Shown: positions 12,292 through 24,212, counted from the first letter of the whole stretch. The stretch: DNA of 63,628 nucleotides, filler included, from Olpidium bornovanus S191 (GCA_017911155.1; 26 parts of 26 records of this genome joined end to end with filler, not necessarily neighbours in it); one strand, 5' to 3'. Numbers and translations: made by a program. The notes: generated by a model not told the origin, from the sequence alone.

Positions 12292-13644
12292 ATTTTCACT
12301 CATTTGGACGTGCGGTCTCTGCTTTCGTTCTCGGCGACGTGCCGTTACGTGTACACGACGCTCCATTCGACCGTGCAGAACTGGCACAGGTGCGATTTCA
12401 CGGCTCTGGCCGGACTGGTCGATGCCAGCCTGGAGGCTTTCCTTTCGCTGGCGGACTCGCGCCGGACGGCACGCGGCGCGCAGGACGAGCGGCGGCCGGA
12501 AGATGCGGGACGGGAGGGCGATCGCGAGCGGGGGGCCCGCCCGGCGGAGAGCGCGGACGGGGCGTTCGACGGAGAGGAAGGAGAAGACCCGGCGGGAAGA
12601 CGGCGGGCGCGGGACACCGCCCAAGATTCGCTGCTGGCCCGGACCTCCCGGAGCCCGCCCCTGCCGGTGCCGGTGCCGCTCCAGCAGTTCGTTTTCGCGG
12701 CGGCGATCCGGTCGGTCGTCGTCGATTCCACGCTCGTGACCCACCACATACTGGCCCTGGTGCTGCCGCGGCTGCCCAGCTTGGAGCACCTCAGCGCCCG
12801 GCGCTGCCCGCGGATCGACATCATGCGCCTGGCGGTGGCCGCCCTGGTCCTGGTGCTCGACCAGGAGAGGTGGTGGTTCCCGCCGCGGGAGGACAGGCCG
12901 GACGACGGCCAGGCCGAAGTGATCAGCAGCGGGGCGGCCGCCGGCCGCCGGCAGGCCCGCGTGAAATTCAAGCAGCTCAAGCTCAAATCGCTCTGGATCC
13001 GCGGCGCGGGGGCTTCCGACGAGACGCCGGGGTACGGAGACGACGTTGTTAAGTGGAACCCGGTGGAGGAGGAGGAGGAGGAGGAGGAGGAGGAGGAGGG
13101 CGACGCCGGCGCCGACGACGACGGCGACGGCGGCGGCGGCGGCGGCGGTCAAGAAGACGGAATAAGCCGCGAGGCCGGCACCCGTTGGAAACTCAGGGAC
13201 ATGATCACCAACGCCCGGGCTTCGAGGTTCCGCGCCAGTCACGGGGTCGGCGAGCCCGGCACGCTGCCGCGGCCGGGCGAAGTTTCCGCGCTCCGAGCGC
13301 TGGCGCGGGCGCTGTCCGCCCTGACCTCCCACGAGCGGCCGGTGGACCTCGACCTGTCCGCCTGCTCCACCTGCCAGGAGGCCGTCAGCGTCGTCAACGA
13401 CGACCAGCCGTGCATCCGCTGCGCGCTGCCCATCGTGAAGCACGCCCTCGGCCGCGTGTGCGAGCGGTGCTGCAGGGCCCAGAGAAAGTGCGGCGCGTGC
13501 TGGAGCGTCGTCCTCTGCGAGGAGTGTTCCCGGCGCGGACGCGAAGGGACGCGGCGGCCGCTCCGCCAAGGCCGCGCCGCGGGCCGGGCGGCGGCCGCAA
13601 AGCCCGACCCGATAGTTTGCTTCGGGTGCAAGGGACGAACCTAG
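12292..13644 (+). CDS. F-box protein with Cys-rich C-terminus, last exon (5'-truncated)
   Basis: After acceptor CAG at 12289-12291: IFTHLDVRSLLSFSATCRYVY (second half of an F-box), an LRR-like LPSLEHLSARRCPRID, and several CxxC pairs near the C-terminus. Confidence 0.7.
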   Translation: MFTHLDVRSLLSFSATCRYVYTTLHSTVQNWHRCDFTALAGLVDASLEAFLSLADSRRTARGAQDERRPEDAGREGDRERGARPAESADGAFDGEEGEDPAGRRRARDTAQDSLLARTSRSPPLPVPVPLQQFVFAAAIRSVVVDSTLVTHHILALVLPRLPSLEHLSARRCPRIDIMRLAVAALVLVLDQERWWFPPREDRPDDGQAEVISSGAAAGRRQARVKFKQLKLKSLWIRGAGASDETPGYGDDVVKWNPVEEEEEEEEEEEGDAGADDDGDGGGGGGGQEDGISREAGTRWKLRDMITNARASRFRASHGVGEPGTLPRPGEVSALRALARALSALTSHERPVDLDLSACSTCQEAVSVVNDDQPCIRCALPIVKHALGRVCERCCRAQRKCGACWSVVLCEECSRRGREGTRRPLRQGRAAGRAAAAKPDPIVCFGCKGRT

Positions 13645-13719
13645 AGGGAGATGATTCGGAACGGCCTGAAGGCGAATTGGACGAACCTTCCCGCGCCAAA
13701 AAGCAAAGAGGGCGTGCCG

Positions 13720-13756
<37 letters not shown>

Positions 13757-14593
13757 AGGCGTTCGAATCCCGTCCGCGCTCCCTGAGCCGTCTGCGTACA
13801 ACGCCGCAAAATACATCCCATGCTCGGACGCAGGGCCGAACGCACGACACGTATGTAGCTCCTCGCAGGTGGCTCCGAACATCCCTGCTTAAATTTTTTT
13901 CGATTTCGAACGAACCAGACGGACGGTTCTAACCCCTACGGGGTGCGCATATTTCATGCAAGTGGAAGACCGTTTACTTGTCCCGAACACGTTTGGCAAC
14001 CTGCCGCAGCTGGTCCCGCGTGATATCTCACGGGAAGGGAGGGGAGGGGCGGGGGGTGATTTGCTTCACCGCAGAGGAAATTTGCATGCCACCGACGAGA
14101 GGAAGTGGGAGGGCGGAAAGGGAAGCCGAAGTAGCGGCGCCTGCATTCGAGCCCTTTTTTGCAAGCCGCCTAGCCGCAGGACCAGCGCATGCGTTACACG
14201 GGCTTGCTGGCGGCGTATCTCTTCAGCCGCAAAAAAAAAAAATATTTATCAGAGGCGCCCCACCGGTCGTTCAAATCAAGTCCTCATGAGTAGATCAAAC
14301 CCCCCCCCCTCCCCCCCCCCAAATTTGATCACATCCCGAGAAGCAGATTTACGTTTGGTTTCTGAAACAAGTACTCAGGGAAACCCTCCTGTCCGCGGTT
14401 CCACGAACCCGGTCAAGCAGGCGTCTGAAAGGCTTGCCCTCGAGTCCTGTTAAGATCCGCACGGGGGCGTTTAACAAATGTGGACATTCGAAAAAAGGGG
14501 GTTTTCGCGTGACCCTCAATTGGATGCGAGTTTGCGGGCCGATTTCCCCGCGGCGAAAGAGAATAAACGGGCGAGAAGAGCCCGAAACAAAAG

Positions 14594-16232
14594 CTACGCG
14601 GCCGCGTTCCTGCAGACCTCCCGCACGGCGTCGAGCATCTCCTCGGAGACGAACGCGTGCTCGTCGGAGATTCTCCGGAGAACCTTGACGTGGGCGGCCT
14701 TCCCGCTCCGCTCTGCCGGCGGGCCCTCGACTTTCTCCCTCCTGAACACGTACGTTCGGCCGTCGTCCGGGACGTTCTCGACGAGGAACTCGAGCGCCTG
14801 CTCGATCTTCGCGAAAAGCGCGGCCTTCGCCTCCTCCGCGACGTCGATGTCGCCGGGAGAGACGGCGTCCATGTCGTCGACGACGTCGGAGCCGACGGAG
14901 GAGCGGTAGCCGTAGACGATGAGGTCGACCCCGGAGAGGCGCGACTGCAGCCAGTGCCTCCTGCGCTCCGCAGCCTTCGGCCTCTTCCCGGCGCATTTGA
15001 GTTCCACCGCCAACAGCGCTTCTACCGGGATCTGGGACGGGTCTTCCTCCGGGGACAGCCGGGAGAGTATGGACGATGGTGGGTTCGACGAAGGCGGCAG
15101 GTCCGGGGGCGCGGCGCAAACGGCGTCGACCTCCGACTCGAGCAATATCCGGAGCCGGCCGATCTTGCCGACGGTGACCAGGAGGAACGAGCTGAAGTCG
15201 GGATCCCTATAATCAGGGTCTCCGAGGCCGGAAAGGCTGGTGGCCCGGGGCGGCCGGTGGTGGCCTGTCGGCGGTGCGGCCGATGCGGCCGCCACGCTTG
15301 GTTCGCCCGGGCGGGGCGGACAACACGCCCGCTCGAACTGGCGATTGCGAAAACGATTCAGGGATGCGGAAAAGGAGGGACACTTGTCGTTAGATCTCTC
15401 TGTTAGAGCGGGAGAGGTGCGACGGACGCGACTAACGGGGCCAAACTTTCGGTGGACTCGCCTGGGAGCCGATCACGTTGACGTCGACGCCGGAGCGTTT
15501 GACGTACCGCCGCAGAAACAGCACGCCGCCGATCTTCTGCGCGCCAACGGCCCACCATTGGTCGTCCAGCGCGACCTTGTTAAGGTTTCCCCGCTGGGTG
15601 ACGATGTCGACTCCCGTCCACATCGGCCCGCCCCCGTCGCCGCCGCCGGCGGCCTCGCCGGCGGCCGCCGCACGCGTCGGGCTCTCCGGCCGCGGCGCGC
15701 CCCGCCTCCGCTTTTTCTCCGCCGCCGTCTCCGCGGCGACGAGCATCGGCACCAGCGACAGCGGCCCGTAGCGGAAGGACTTTGGGGGCAGCTTGGAGTC
15801 CAGCGCGAGCGGCAGCCGCGGAGGGCGGAACGCCGGCGGCGGGGTGTCGGCAGGCTGGAGCAGCGTGGACGCGAGCGTGCGCACGTCCTTGGGGTCGTAC
15901 TCGTTCACGGCCGCCTGCCGGATCGTGAAGGAGGCCACCCTCGCCGGGACGTACTCCTGCACCGCGCGCCGCGCGCCGGCGAGGCGCTCCAGCGCGTCCA
16001 GCCGCGTCCAGCGGTCGCGGCCCGCGGCGTCGGGCGAGGGAGGGCAGCCGCGGGATTCGCGCGAGGAACGCGTCGGGTCTCCCCCGCCGCCGCCGTCGGA
16101 CGTCTCCGCGCCGGCCTCCGCTTCCGCGGGGCCGCCCCTCGTCTTCCTCCGTTCCTCGCACCATCCTTCCAGCGTCGCCACGGCCGGCCCCGTGTGAGCG
16201 TCCGGGCTGTTGACGGTCAGCACCCTCGGCAT
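14594..16232 (-). CDS. DXO/Rai1-family decapping/deNADding nuclease (PD-(D/E)XK fold), 2 exons
   Basis: ATG 16232, exon 16232-15462, GC-AG intron 15461-15338 (CAG|GCGAGT...CTAAC...CAG), exon 15337-14594. Motifs in DXO order: DIVTQRGNLNK, WAVGAQKIGGVLFLRR, GSQ|FE, SEVD, VELK, WLQSRLSGVDLIVYGYR. Confidence 0.82.
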
Positions 16233-16899
16233 TGCGCGGCGTCGGGAAGATCTGGCGCCCGCGTCGGGCCCTTCGCCCGCACACGTGACCGCATTTCCGG
16301 GCGGTGTGTGTCACGGGGGCGGTTTTACGGCCCAACCGCGGCAAAAAACGGTCGCGGGCGAGCCGTGCCCGTTCAACGGCGCAGGCGCGCCCGGCTCTGA
16401 CGGATGAGGCCGGGGAAAGCTCTGCCGCGTGCTCTCCGGCAGGAAGACGCGTCAGCCGCTGCAGGAGAAGATGGCCCTCGACCGGGCTGGCCCCTGCCCC
16501 GCCTCTCCATCATCCTGATTCTCGATGGTCCTGCCGGGCACCCGGGGCGGAGCGCCCGCATGNNNNNNNNNNNNNNNNNNNNNNNNNNNNNNNNNNNNNN
16601 NNNNNNTTAATTAATTAANNNNNNNNNNNNNNNNNNNNNNNNNNNNNNNNNNNNNNNNNNNNCCTCGCACAATCCCGATAAAACCTCGATCCGACCGTCA
16701 AAACCACCTTACGGGCCCGATCCCTCCCAATATGGAGTTTTCGACCTGCGTCGGTAGGGGTGAGATATTGCGGAATATCGCCGAGCCCAACGGCAGTACC
16801 GGAGCCGCAATACTGGATATTGCGCACCGGTATGGCAGGGCGCACCGGCACGCGGCACTGCGCACCGGCGGTACGTGCAACACTATCAAGATCCCACAC

Positions 16900-17113
16900 T
16901 GTACGGCGTAACGGCGCAGGCATTAGGCCGCGCCTATATAAAGCGCCACGCCCGATGAACCTTACAGGTAGATCGTGCAGAATATCTCATTTTAGCATAT
17001 ATTTGAGCTTCAAAAGCATTACTTCCAGATCCTGACCCAGATCCTAGAGCCAGACTCGTGTAGAGATTATCTCCAGATAGCGCACAGCGCAAATAAATAT
17101 TACACTTGTTACA
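16900..17113 (+). mobile_element. Putative LTR right end (TATA box, AATAAA, terminal TGTTACA)
   Basis: CCTATATAAAG ~16933-16943, AAATAAAT ~17091, and TTGTTACA ending at 17113, exactly where the neighbouring Gypsy pol homology stops. The left boundary is uncertain and no TSD was found. Confidence 0.4.
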
Positions 17114-17420
17114 ACGAGAAAGACTTAGCCCTGGTGCCGGGTTCCAAGTTGATCTCATGCTCGGCGGTCGAAGACAGCTGCGCTACGGGCGGCAGCATGT
17201 CCGGCATGACGGGGGTGAAGCGCAGAAGTTCTTCAAAGCGCTTGCAGAGGGGCCCCCGCAGCTCGCCAAGCTTGGACTTTATACGCGCCGCCGTGTCGGT
17301 GGCGGCGCGGTTGGTGTCGAAGTAAACGAGGGGGTTTTGGGTTTCCCCCTCGTTACGGGTCGGGTCGGTCTCGGCCTCGACGGCCCAGAGCTTAATGGTC
17401 CGGGGGTTCAATATGAACCT
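17112..17420 (-). mobile_element. Ty3/Gypsy pol relic (protease-RT linker)
   Basis: KLGELRGPLCKRFEELLRFTPVMPDMLPPVAQLSSTAEHEINLEPGTRAKSF; closely similar at DNA level to the copy at 43940-44120. Confidence 0.85.
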
Positions 17421-18681
17421 CCACTAGTCGGGTTGCCGCAGAGCGCAGTGAGCTTGTTTGGCCGAGATTGAATTGACTTTGGCCCCGGGTCCTGACGAAT
17501 GGAGGTAAGGCCAGTCTGGGGTCTCCATCGTCGACGCGACGGCCAGCCGCGTTGTCCGGTCGAGCATCGGCTGCGCAGCTGTCGGCTGCAAGCCGGAACA
17601 GGTCGCGTTAAGCTCCGCGCTTGTCGGGCGCGGGCTGGTCGGGTCAGGCATCTGCTGCGCGGTCGTCGACCGCGCGCCGGAACGGGTCAGGTTAAGCTTC
17701 GACTGCGCGGTTGTCGGCCGCGCTGTTGTGAAGCGAGAAGCTCAAGGCGACTACGGATAAAAGATTGGGCTGAACGTGAGGCTGCGGAAGAAGAAGGATT
17801 ACGCGTTGTGACTCGAGACGCGTGTGGTTCCTCCCAAAAAAATTTTCTTCTCCCGCCCCGCCCTCTAAAAATTTCGGGAACGCCCCCCCCCCCCGATCGC
17901 CCACGCGCGGCGAAAACTCTCGCAGAATAGAACGAACGCGTCCTCGAGTAGCGTTAGAGTTGTAGAACGAACGAACCCCAGAGCGAGTAGGAGAGGGAAA
18001 GAGAAAGGGAGACGGAGAGAACACTCGCGAGAACTGGAATTTAGAGGCTGGGTTTTGGAGTTTTGAGTGCAAGAGCTGGAACAACGACTTTCCACAAGGC
18101 CCGGCGCCGCCTGTCCTCAACTGTGCTGTAGCACGGCTCTCAAACCGCCCGTCGACCGACGCCACGGAAGGCAGGCGGCGGGCGAAGGCGGGCGCAGGGC
18201 AAAGAGCGGCAGGGCAAAGGGCGGCGGAAGAAAGGCGCAGAGCAAAGGGCGAGAGGCGGTCGAAAGGCGGAAGCGGCGGCGGGGTCGAGGGCAGGGCGGG
18301 CCCCGAACCCGGGGGGCGACCAANNNNNNNNNNNNNNNNNNNNNNNNNNNNNNNNNNNNNNNNNNNNTTAATTAATTAANNNNNNNNNNNNNNNNNNNNN
18401 NNNNNNNNNNNNNNNNNNNNNNNCCGCCCGCCCCGCCCCGCCCCGCAAACCCCGTGCTCCCGGACGAGAGCGCAGCCCTTCTGCGGGGCGTTGTTCAGAC
18501 CTCCCCGTCCGCGCCGACCCGGCAGAGCGCGCGCCCCCCCCGGCCGGCCTCCTGGTTCCTACGCTCGCCGGCAGGCCGCAGCCGCGACCTCGCGCGGGCC
18601 GCCGAACACGAGGAATGAGACGGCCCGGGACGACGAACGAGAGACTCCGCCGATTCGCCGTTGCTGCCGGCGTAGTACGCC

Positions 18682-19806
18682 ATGCTCCTGTCACGATCGA
18701 GAACCGCGCCTGAGGCCTGGCCAACGGCCTTCTCCTCTCCCGACAGGGTCGCCGCCGGCGACGGCGACGCCGCACCGAAGGGGCCGCCGAGGGACGACGA
18801 GCTGGTGGAGGCGCTCATGGCCAGGCTGAGCGAGAAGGAAGCCGACGCGGCCCTCGCCGCCGAAGTGGGGCAGGAGCTCCTGAAGGAGGTCACCGTTCTC
18901 AAGAGGCGGCTGGCCGATCTGGAGAGCGCCGCCAGCGGAGGCCTTGCCCCGGAAGGCGCGGGTGCTGGCGGCGCTTTCCCGCGTTTGGCGGCCTGCTTCC
19001 TGGTGACCGGGGCCGAAGGCGTACCGGCGACTCCCGATGAGAACGCGCCCCCGCCCGCTGTTCGCGACCTGCCGTTGACCCTCGAACGGCAGCACAGTGA
19101 CCTGCGGCCCGCACTCGCGAACATGCGCCCGGTCTCCGCTGTCGCCGCCGGCTCTCGGCACCGGACGCCGGCGAGTCCGGTGCGGCGTATCCAGATGCGC
19201 CAGCTGGTAGCCGCAAGCCCTTCGTACAACGTAAAGAATAACGCGTCGCTGTGCACCGTCTGGGGCAACTCCGGCACCCCTTCTTTGTTGTCGCCCTTAA
19301 TGGCGGAAGAAGAGGAGGAGAACCAAACGTCCATCTCCGAAATGAAGCCGAACTCGCCCAAGGGCGGTGCCGATGCCGACGTGCCTGATCAATCTGTGAG
19401 GTTTCCCTTGCGGGACTTAACGGACCCGTTCCAGGATCGTGATGGCGAAGGCGGCGTCAAACACAATGCGGCCGCCGAATCTCAGATGTTCCAGTCCGTA
19501 GTCAAATCCCTCAGCTTGAGGATCGCGATCCTGGAGCGAGAAAAAGGCGAGATCCAGGAGCGAGTGATGGACGCGGAGAGGGAGGGAAACGCCGCAAAGC
19601 GAGCTTTAGCTCGAAAGGAAGAAAACGAAGGTGTTTGGCACTTCCGCCGGTTTCGCGGCGCGTGAATAAGTTGCGCCCCCCCTGATCCATGATGCTAACG
19701 TGAACACCGGGGTGGCGATCGGAACCTCTCGGCCACACGCAGCCAAATCTCAGGAACGCATCTGGACTTTGGAGCTGCAGCTGCAGGAGTACCGGGACCA
19801 ACTGGA
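18682..19806 (+). CDS. Coiled-coil protein with a HAP1_N/BICD/Spindly-like CC1 box, 3'-truncated
   Basis: RLSEKEADAALAAEVGQELLKEVTVLKRRLADLE matches the L-x-EKE-x-DL-x-LAA-x-x-G-x-x-LL pattern. A later coiled coil (LSLRIAILEREKGEIQERV) continues after intron 19631-19742 as AKSQERIWTLELQLQEYRDQL. Confidence 0.6.
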
Positions 19807-19906
19807 NNNNNNNNNNNNNNNNNNNNNNNNNNNNNNNNNNNNNNNNNNNNTTAATTAATTAANNNNNNNNNNNNNNNNNNNNNNNNNNNNNNNNNNNNNN
19901 NNNNNN

Positions 19907-20898
19907 CATGCCAAACAAATCTGGACAGTAACCTCGTGGGAATGGCCGCCGAATCGCGCTCACGCGAACCGCGTGGATCACATACCGCAAATACGACAGT
20001 GGTGCTTTCGACGGAATGCCGTGAAGGAGCTAGAACACTCGTAGCACTCCTTGCAGTTGTCATCCCGCATCCAGTATTCCCTTCGCACCGGTTCCCCCCC
20101 GCGAAGCCGGTTAATAACTTTGCTTATCGAATTGCTTTTCCTTAGCGGAGCGCCGTCTGATGGCGCCAGGGAGTTCGCGTTACTAATATTCTCTTTCCTT
20201 CCGCCGGGGGAATTTCCGTCGGCCGATTCCGCAGACAGCGGCGGTGGCGCCGAAAGCAGCTCCAGTATGCGGATGGCCGGTTCGTCGCCGAACTTCCGAT
20301 CATCCTTGGCGCGAACTATCTCGACGGCCTCTTTCGGAGTCGCTTGGCTGCCGCCGCCGATTGAAGTGGAAGGAGAGGAAGCTGCTGAACCACGAAAAGC
20401 TTCGGCGTTTGCTGGACCCAGCACGTCGAGAATAGGAGCTGGAGGCCTTTGGAGCCGCCAAATCGGGTGGGAACCATCGCCGTAAGGATGAGGATGCTGG
20501 CGGGGATGCCGGTGCTGAAAGTGGTGCGTGGAAGGGTGAGAGTGGGAAGCGGTTCCGTCGGCCGACGTGTCTGTCGTTAACCTGGAACCGACGTCGGCGT
20601 TCGCCGTTGCCAAGCTTGGGGCGAGGGCGGAGGCCAGGCCACTTCCCGTCAGTGCGGTCGCGGTGGTGCCAACCGCAAACTTGACTTTCTTGAGCAGATT
20701 GGAAAAAACTCCCGAGGGCGAGGGCGCGTCGCTGTCCAGCGCCGGCGGCGCGGCGTCAGTCGAGCTGAAGCTGGTTAAGGTGGGAGGCGGACGCGATCTT
20801 CCTCCACCGCTGGCTTGGTCGGTCCATACACCGGCCCTTTCGTCGGTAACCGTCCCGAGCTCCGCGCGCTCGTGATTGCCGTCCTCTGTCGGTGTCAT
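19907..20898 (-). CDS. FAB1: PI3P 5-kinase Fab1/PIKfyve, N-terminal exon with first half of FYVE
   Basis: ATG 20898; [33 protein letters not shown] followed by a GTATGT donor. Confidence 0.88.
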
Positions 20899-21512
20899 CC
20901 CGTCATGCTCCTATGCCACATGCCAACTTACGACAAGGGCCCCGACCGCCTGGGCCACAGCTTGGCCCTGTCGCGCGCAGTTCCGCGAGCCGGCCGGAAT
21001 GGAGCGCAGCGGCAACCGTTTCGTGCAAACCCCGTGGAAAACAGGTCGCGAAGAAGCCGCGCGTCCGGACCCGCCCGAAACTTAAAGGGAGCGGCAACCT
21101 TGCACAGCAAGCGCTGGCAGCCAGTTGCGGGTGCTCTCTCGCGTTGCTCGGCTCTGGTTTCTTTCAAAACCGAGTTTCCAATTGACCGATGTGGTTGAAG
21201 GGCGGTCCTCAAATTCACAGCCCCAACTCGCACCAGCGTGATAACACGCCACGTAATATACTGTTCCGTTCTATTTCACGGCGGTGTATAATTGGTATAT
21301 CAATTATTATATATTTTAACATGCCCGCAATTGCCCGGCTTATTCACTCATTCCCTCAGGTTGCATCAACGCCATGTATTTGTCAAACTTCTGGAAGGAT
21401 GTATGGAGGACANNNNNNNNNNNNNNNNNNNNNNNNNNNNNNNNNNNNNNNNNNNNTTAATTAATTAANNNNNNNNNNNNNNNNNNNNNNNNNNNNNNNN
21501 NNNNNNNNNNNN

Positions 21513-22793
21513 CAGTCTGGCTGAGAGCTACACGCCCGGCGCCGTTCTTGACGAGATTGCCGGAAACCCAAACGTTCCACTGATTGTCGCGTGGTGAGCG
21601 GCGGCCGCCTGGCGAGATAAAGGGAAAAACATGAGCGACCAAGAAAAACAAAAAGGGAGGCCCGCCCCCGCGATACTCGAGGCCGGCCCACCTTCGCTGC
21701 CTACGACGATGAAGCTGTGAGCTTCGCCGCTCTCATCCTTCAGAGTGAAGAAATTGGCAGCTTCGAAGTTGCGCCCAAAACTCGCGATCCACCCCTTTCC
21801 GGAAGAATCGTCCGCGCTCGTCGGCTTTTCGCGCTTGGGCGAAAAGAGAGGTCCCTTGTACTTCCATTCGAGCCCGTCGTCGCTGGCGTACAAAAGAACC
21901 CGACCGCCCTTTTTCCTCTTGCTGCTGCTGATCACCATGTACTGCGTGGGCGGGGCGTCGTCCGGAACGTCGAAAAGGCGGTCAATTTCGCGGCTCGTGA
22001 AGAGGTACGGGCCGCGCCAACCGCGAACGGAAAGTTCCATCGGAGGTCCGTCGATCAAAGCGGTCGGGTGCTTGTCCCACGTCCGGCCGCCGTCCGACGA
22101 CGTGGCCATCATGATCTTCTCGACGCCGCGGGGGTACTTTTTTTTCCAGGTGGGATGGCCGCTGGCGGCAGTGTAGTAGGCGGTCGGCAAGTTGTCGTGC
22201 CCGGAAGCCAGGACATAACCAGAGAACACTCCTTCGCGGTCCTCGAGATCTTCACTCCCCTCAATGGCAAGGGGCATGTCAGTCCACCTGATCATGTCTT
22301 TGGAAACGGCATGGCCCCTGCAGGAAAATCAAACAAGAAGGAGGCGGGCGTGAGCCCAAGACGTTCGTGATTCGAGAAAAATTTTCGTTCGGCCAACAGC
22401 AGGAGCGAGAAGCCGACCAGGTCATTTTGGCCCTGCCACTGCCGTGGGGGTTGTATTGGAAAAAGACGTGATAGTCGTCGGAGTTCGGATCGTAGTACGA
22501 ACCGGCCGGGACTACGGCGCGCGCGCGACGACAAGGGGCGTGATGCAGCGCGGTGAGAAGAAACTGCGGAGCAGCGCCGCGGCCAGACGCGTTCGAAGTA
22601 ATCGACCGCACAAACAGAACGCACTGCTCATCCAGTTGGTCTCGGGGTGGAAGTGGTAGTTGGGCCTGAACCTGTCGAACTCGAACTTCTCCGCCTCCTC
22701 ATCGGCGAGCGAAGCGGCGGAGGCGACCGCGGCCGCGACGCCGGAGACGACGACGGCCGCGGCGGCGGCGAAGCGGGGGCGCGACAAGCGCAT
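21513..22793 (-). CDS. Secreted GH32 (invertase/fructanase family) beta-propeller, predicted catalytically defective; 3'-truncated
   Basis: ATG 22793 and a signal-peptide-like N-terminus. FRPNYHFHPETNWMS|IPAGSYYDP...HVFFQYNP...TW|GHAVSKDMIRW; GVFSG; WRGPY; FGRNFEAANFF; VGSEG. Introns 22624-22512 and ~22418-22319. Confidence 0.92.
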
Positions 22794-23900
22794 CTCGGCA
22801 GGGCGGGGAGCGGGGCGGGCGCGGCGCGCAACGCGGCCACGGCCAGAACGGCGCGGGTGTTTGGAGGGCGGGCGGGGCGGTCGGCGGTCGGCGGCGGTCC
22901 GCGCATTGCGGCAAGTTAAGTACCACAGGCACCCCGCGCGGGGGGCCCCTCTCCCCCACCCCCCCACCCCCCCCCCCCCCCCCCCCCCCCCCCTTTCCCC
23001 CCCCCCCCCCCCGGGGGGGGCGGGGGGGGGGGCGGGAGGGGGGGGGGGAGGGGGGGGGGGGTGGGGGGGTGGGGGAGAGGGGCCCCCCGCGCGGGGTGCC
23101 TGTGGTACTTAACNNNNNNNNNNNNNNNNNNNNNNNNNNNNNNNNNNNNNNNNNNNNTTAATTAATTAANNNNNNNNNNNNNNNNNNNNNNNNNNNNNNN
23201 NNNNNNNNNNNNNCATGCTGACACGCCGCGCTCACGCAAGAAACTCTAACTACGAACCGTCAAGAGGGCGCGGGCGACACGCCAACGTGCCTATAAGAGA
23301 CCCAGAACCTCGTAGTTCCAGATAGAGCCCCAGAGCCAAAACTCACACCTCGATCCCGATCCCGATCCCGTCCTCGAACCTCGAGCTAGACTTACTCTTT
23401 GCCCCACCATTTCTCGTCCCGATCGCGCCGAAGCGCACGACAATTAAAGACTTTGTTACACGCACCGACCCTCCTCCCCCTTTATTTCTTTCGCCCGTGC
23501 ATTTCCTAGGGGACCGCCATATAAAACAGGGCTGACGTAGCTAATAGCCCCAAAACAAAATAACGAAAAGCTTTCCGTACGCTTTCACGTCTCTTTGGCG
23601 CCTCCGTGTTTTCGCCCGCCTGCTGCCCAAAAATACAACACCCCTCATTTCCACAGTACAGTAAGTAACGGTGGGCCCGTCCTTCCCCGGTGGGTTGGGC
23701 CCCACCGCTCGGCTCCGGCCCCTTTTTCTCCCATTCCCCTCTCCCTTCCCCTCCCCGTCCGCCCGCTTGTCAGCCTCCTGTATGTACATTCTTCTCTCGC
23801 GCGCCCCCCTCCCTGCTTTCCCCCTCCCCCCGCCCCACGGAGGAATGGAAGGGGGGGGGGGGGGGGGGAGGGGGGGGCCCCCCCCGGGGGCCCCCCCCCC

Positions 23901-23955
<55 letters not shown>

Positions 23956-24212
23956 CCCCCCCCCGCCCCCCGCCCCCCGGGGGGAAGGGAGGGGGGGGGG
24001 GGGACGGGAAGGGAGGGCCCCGCACGTGGGCGCCGCCCCTCGGCGTCCACCCCCGCCACCCCGCCCCCTTTTTCTTTCCCTTTCTCCCCCTTAACTCCCC
24101 ACCCCCACGCGGGGCCCAGTCCGATAAAACATGGGCTCCCGTCGCGGCGGCTTGCAACGGCCTTCCACTCCGCCAAACCAGAAACAAGCCTGCCGACGCC
24201 ACAGCCCGACTG

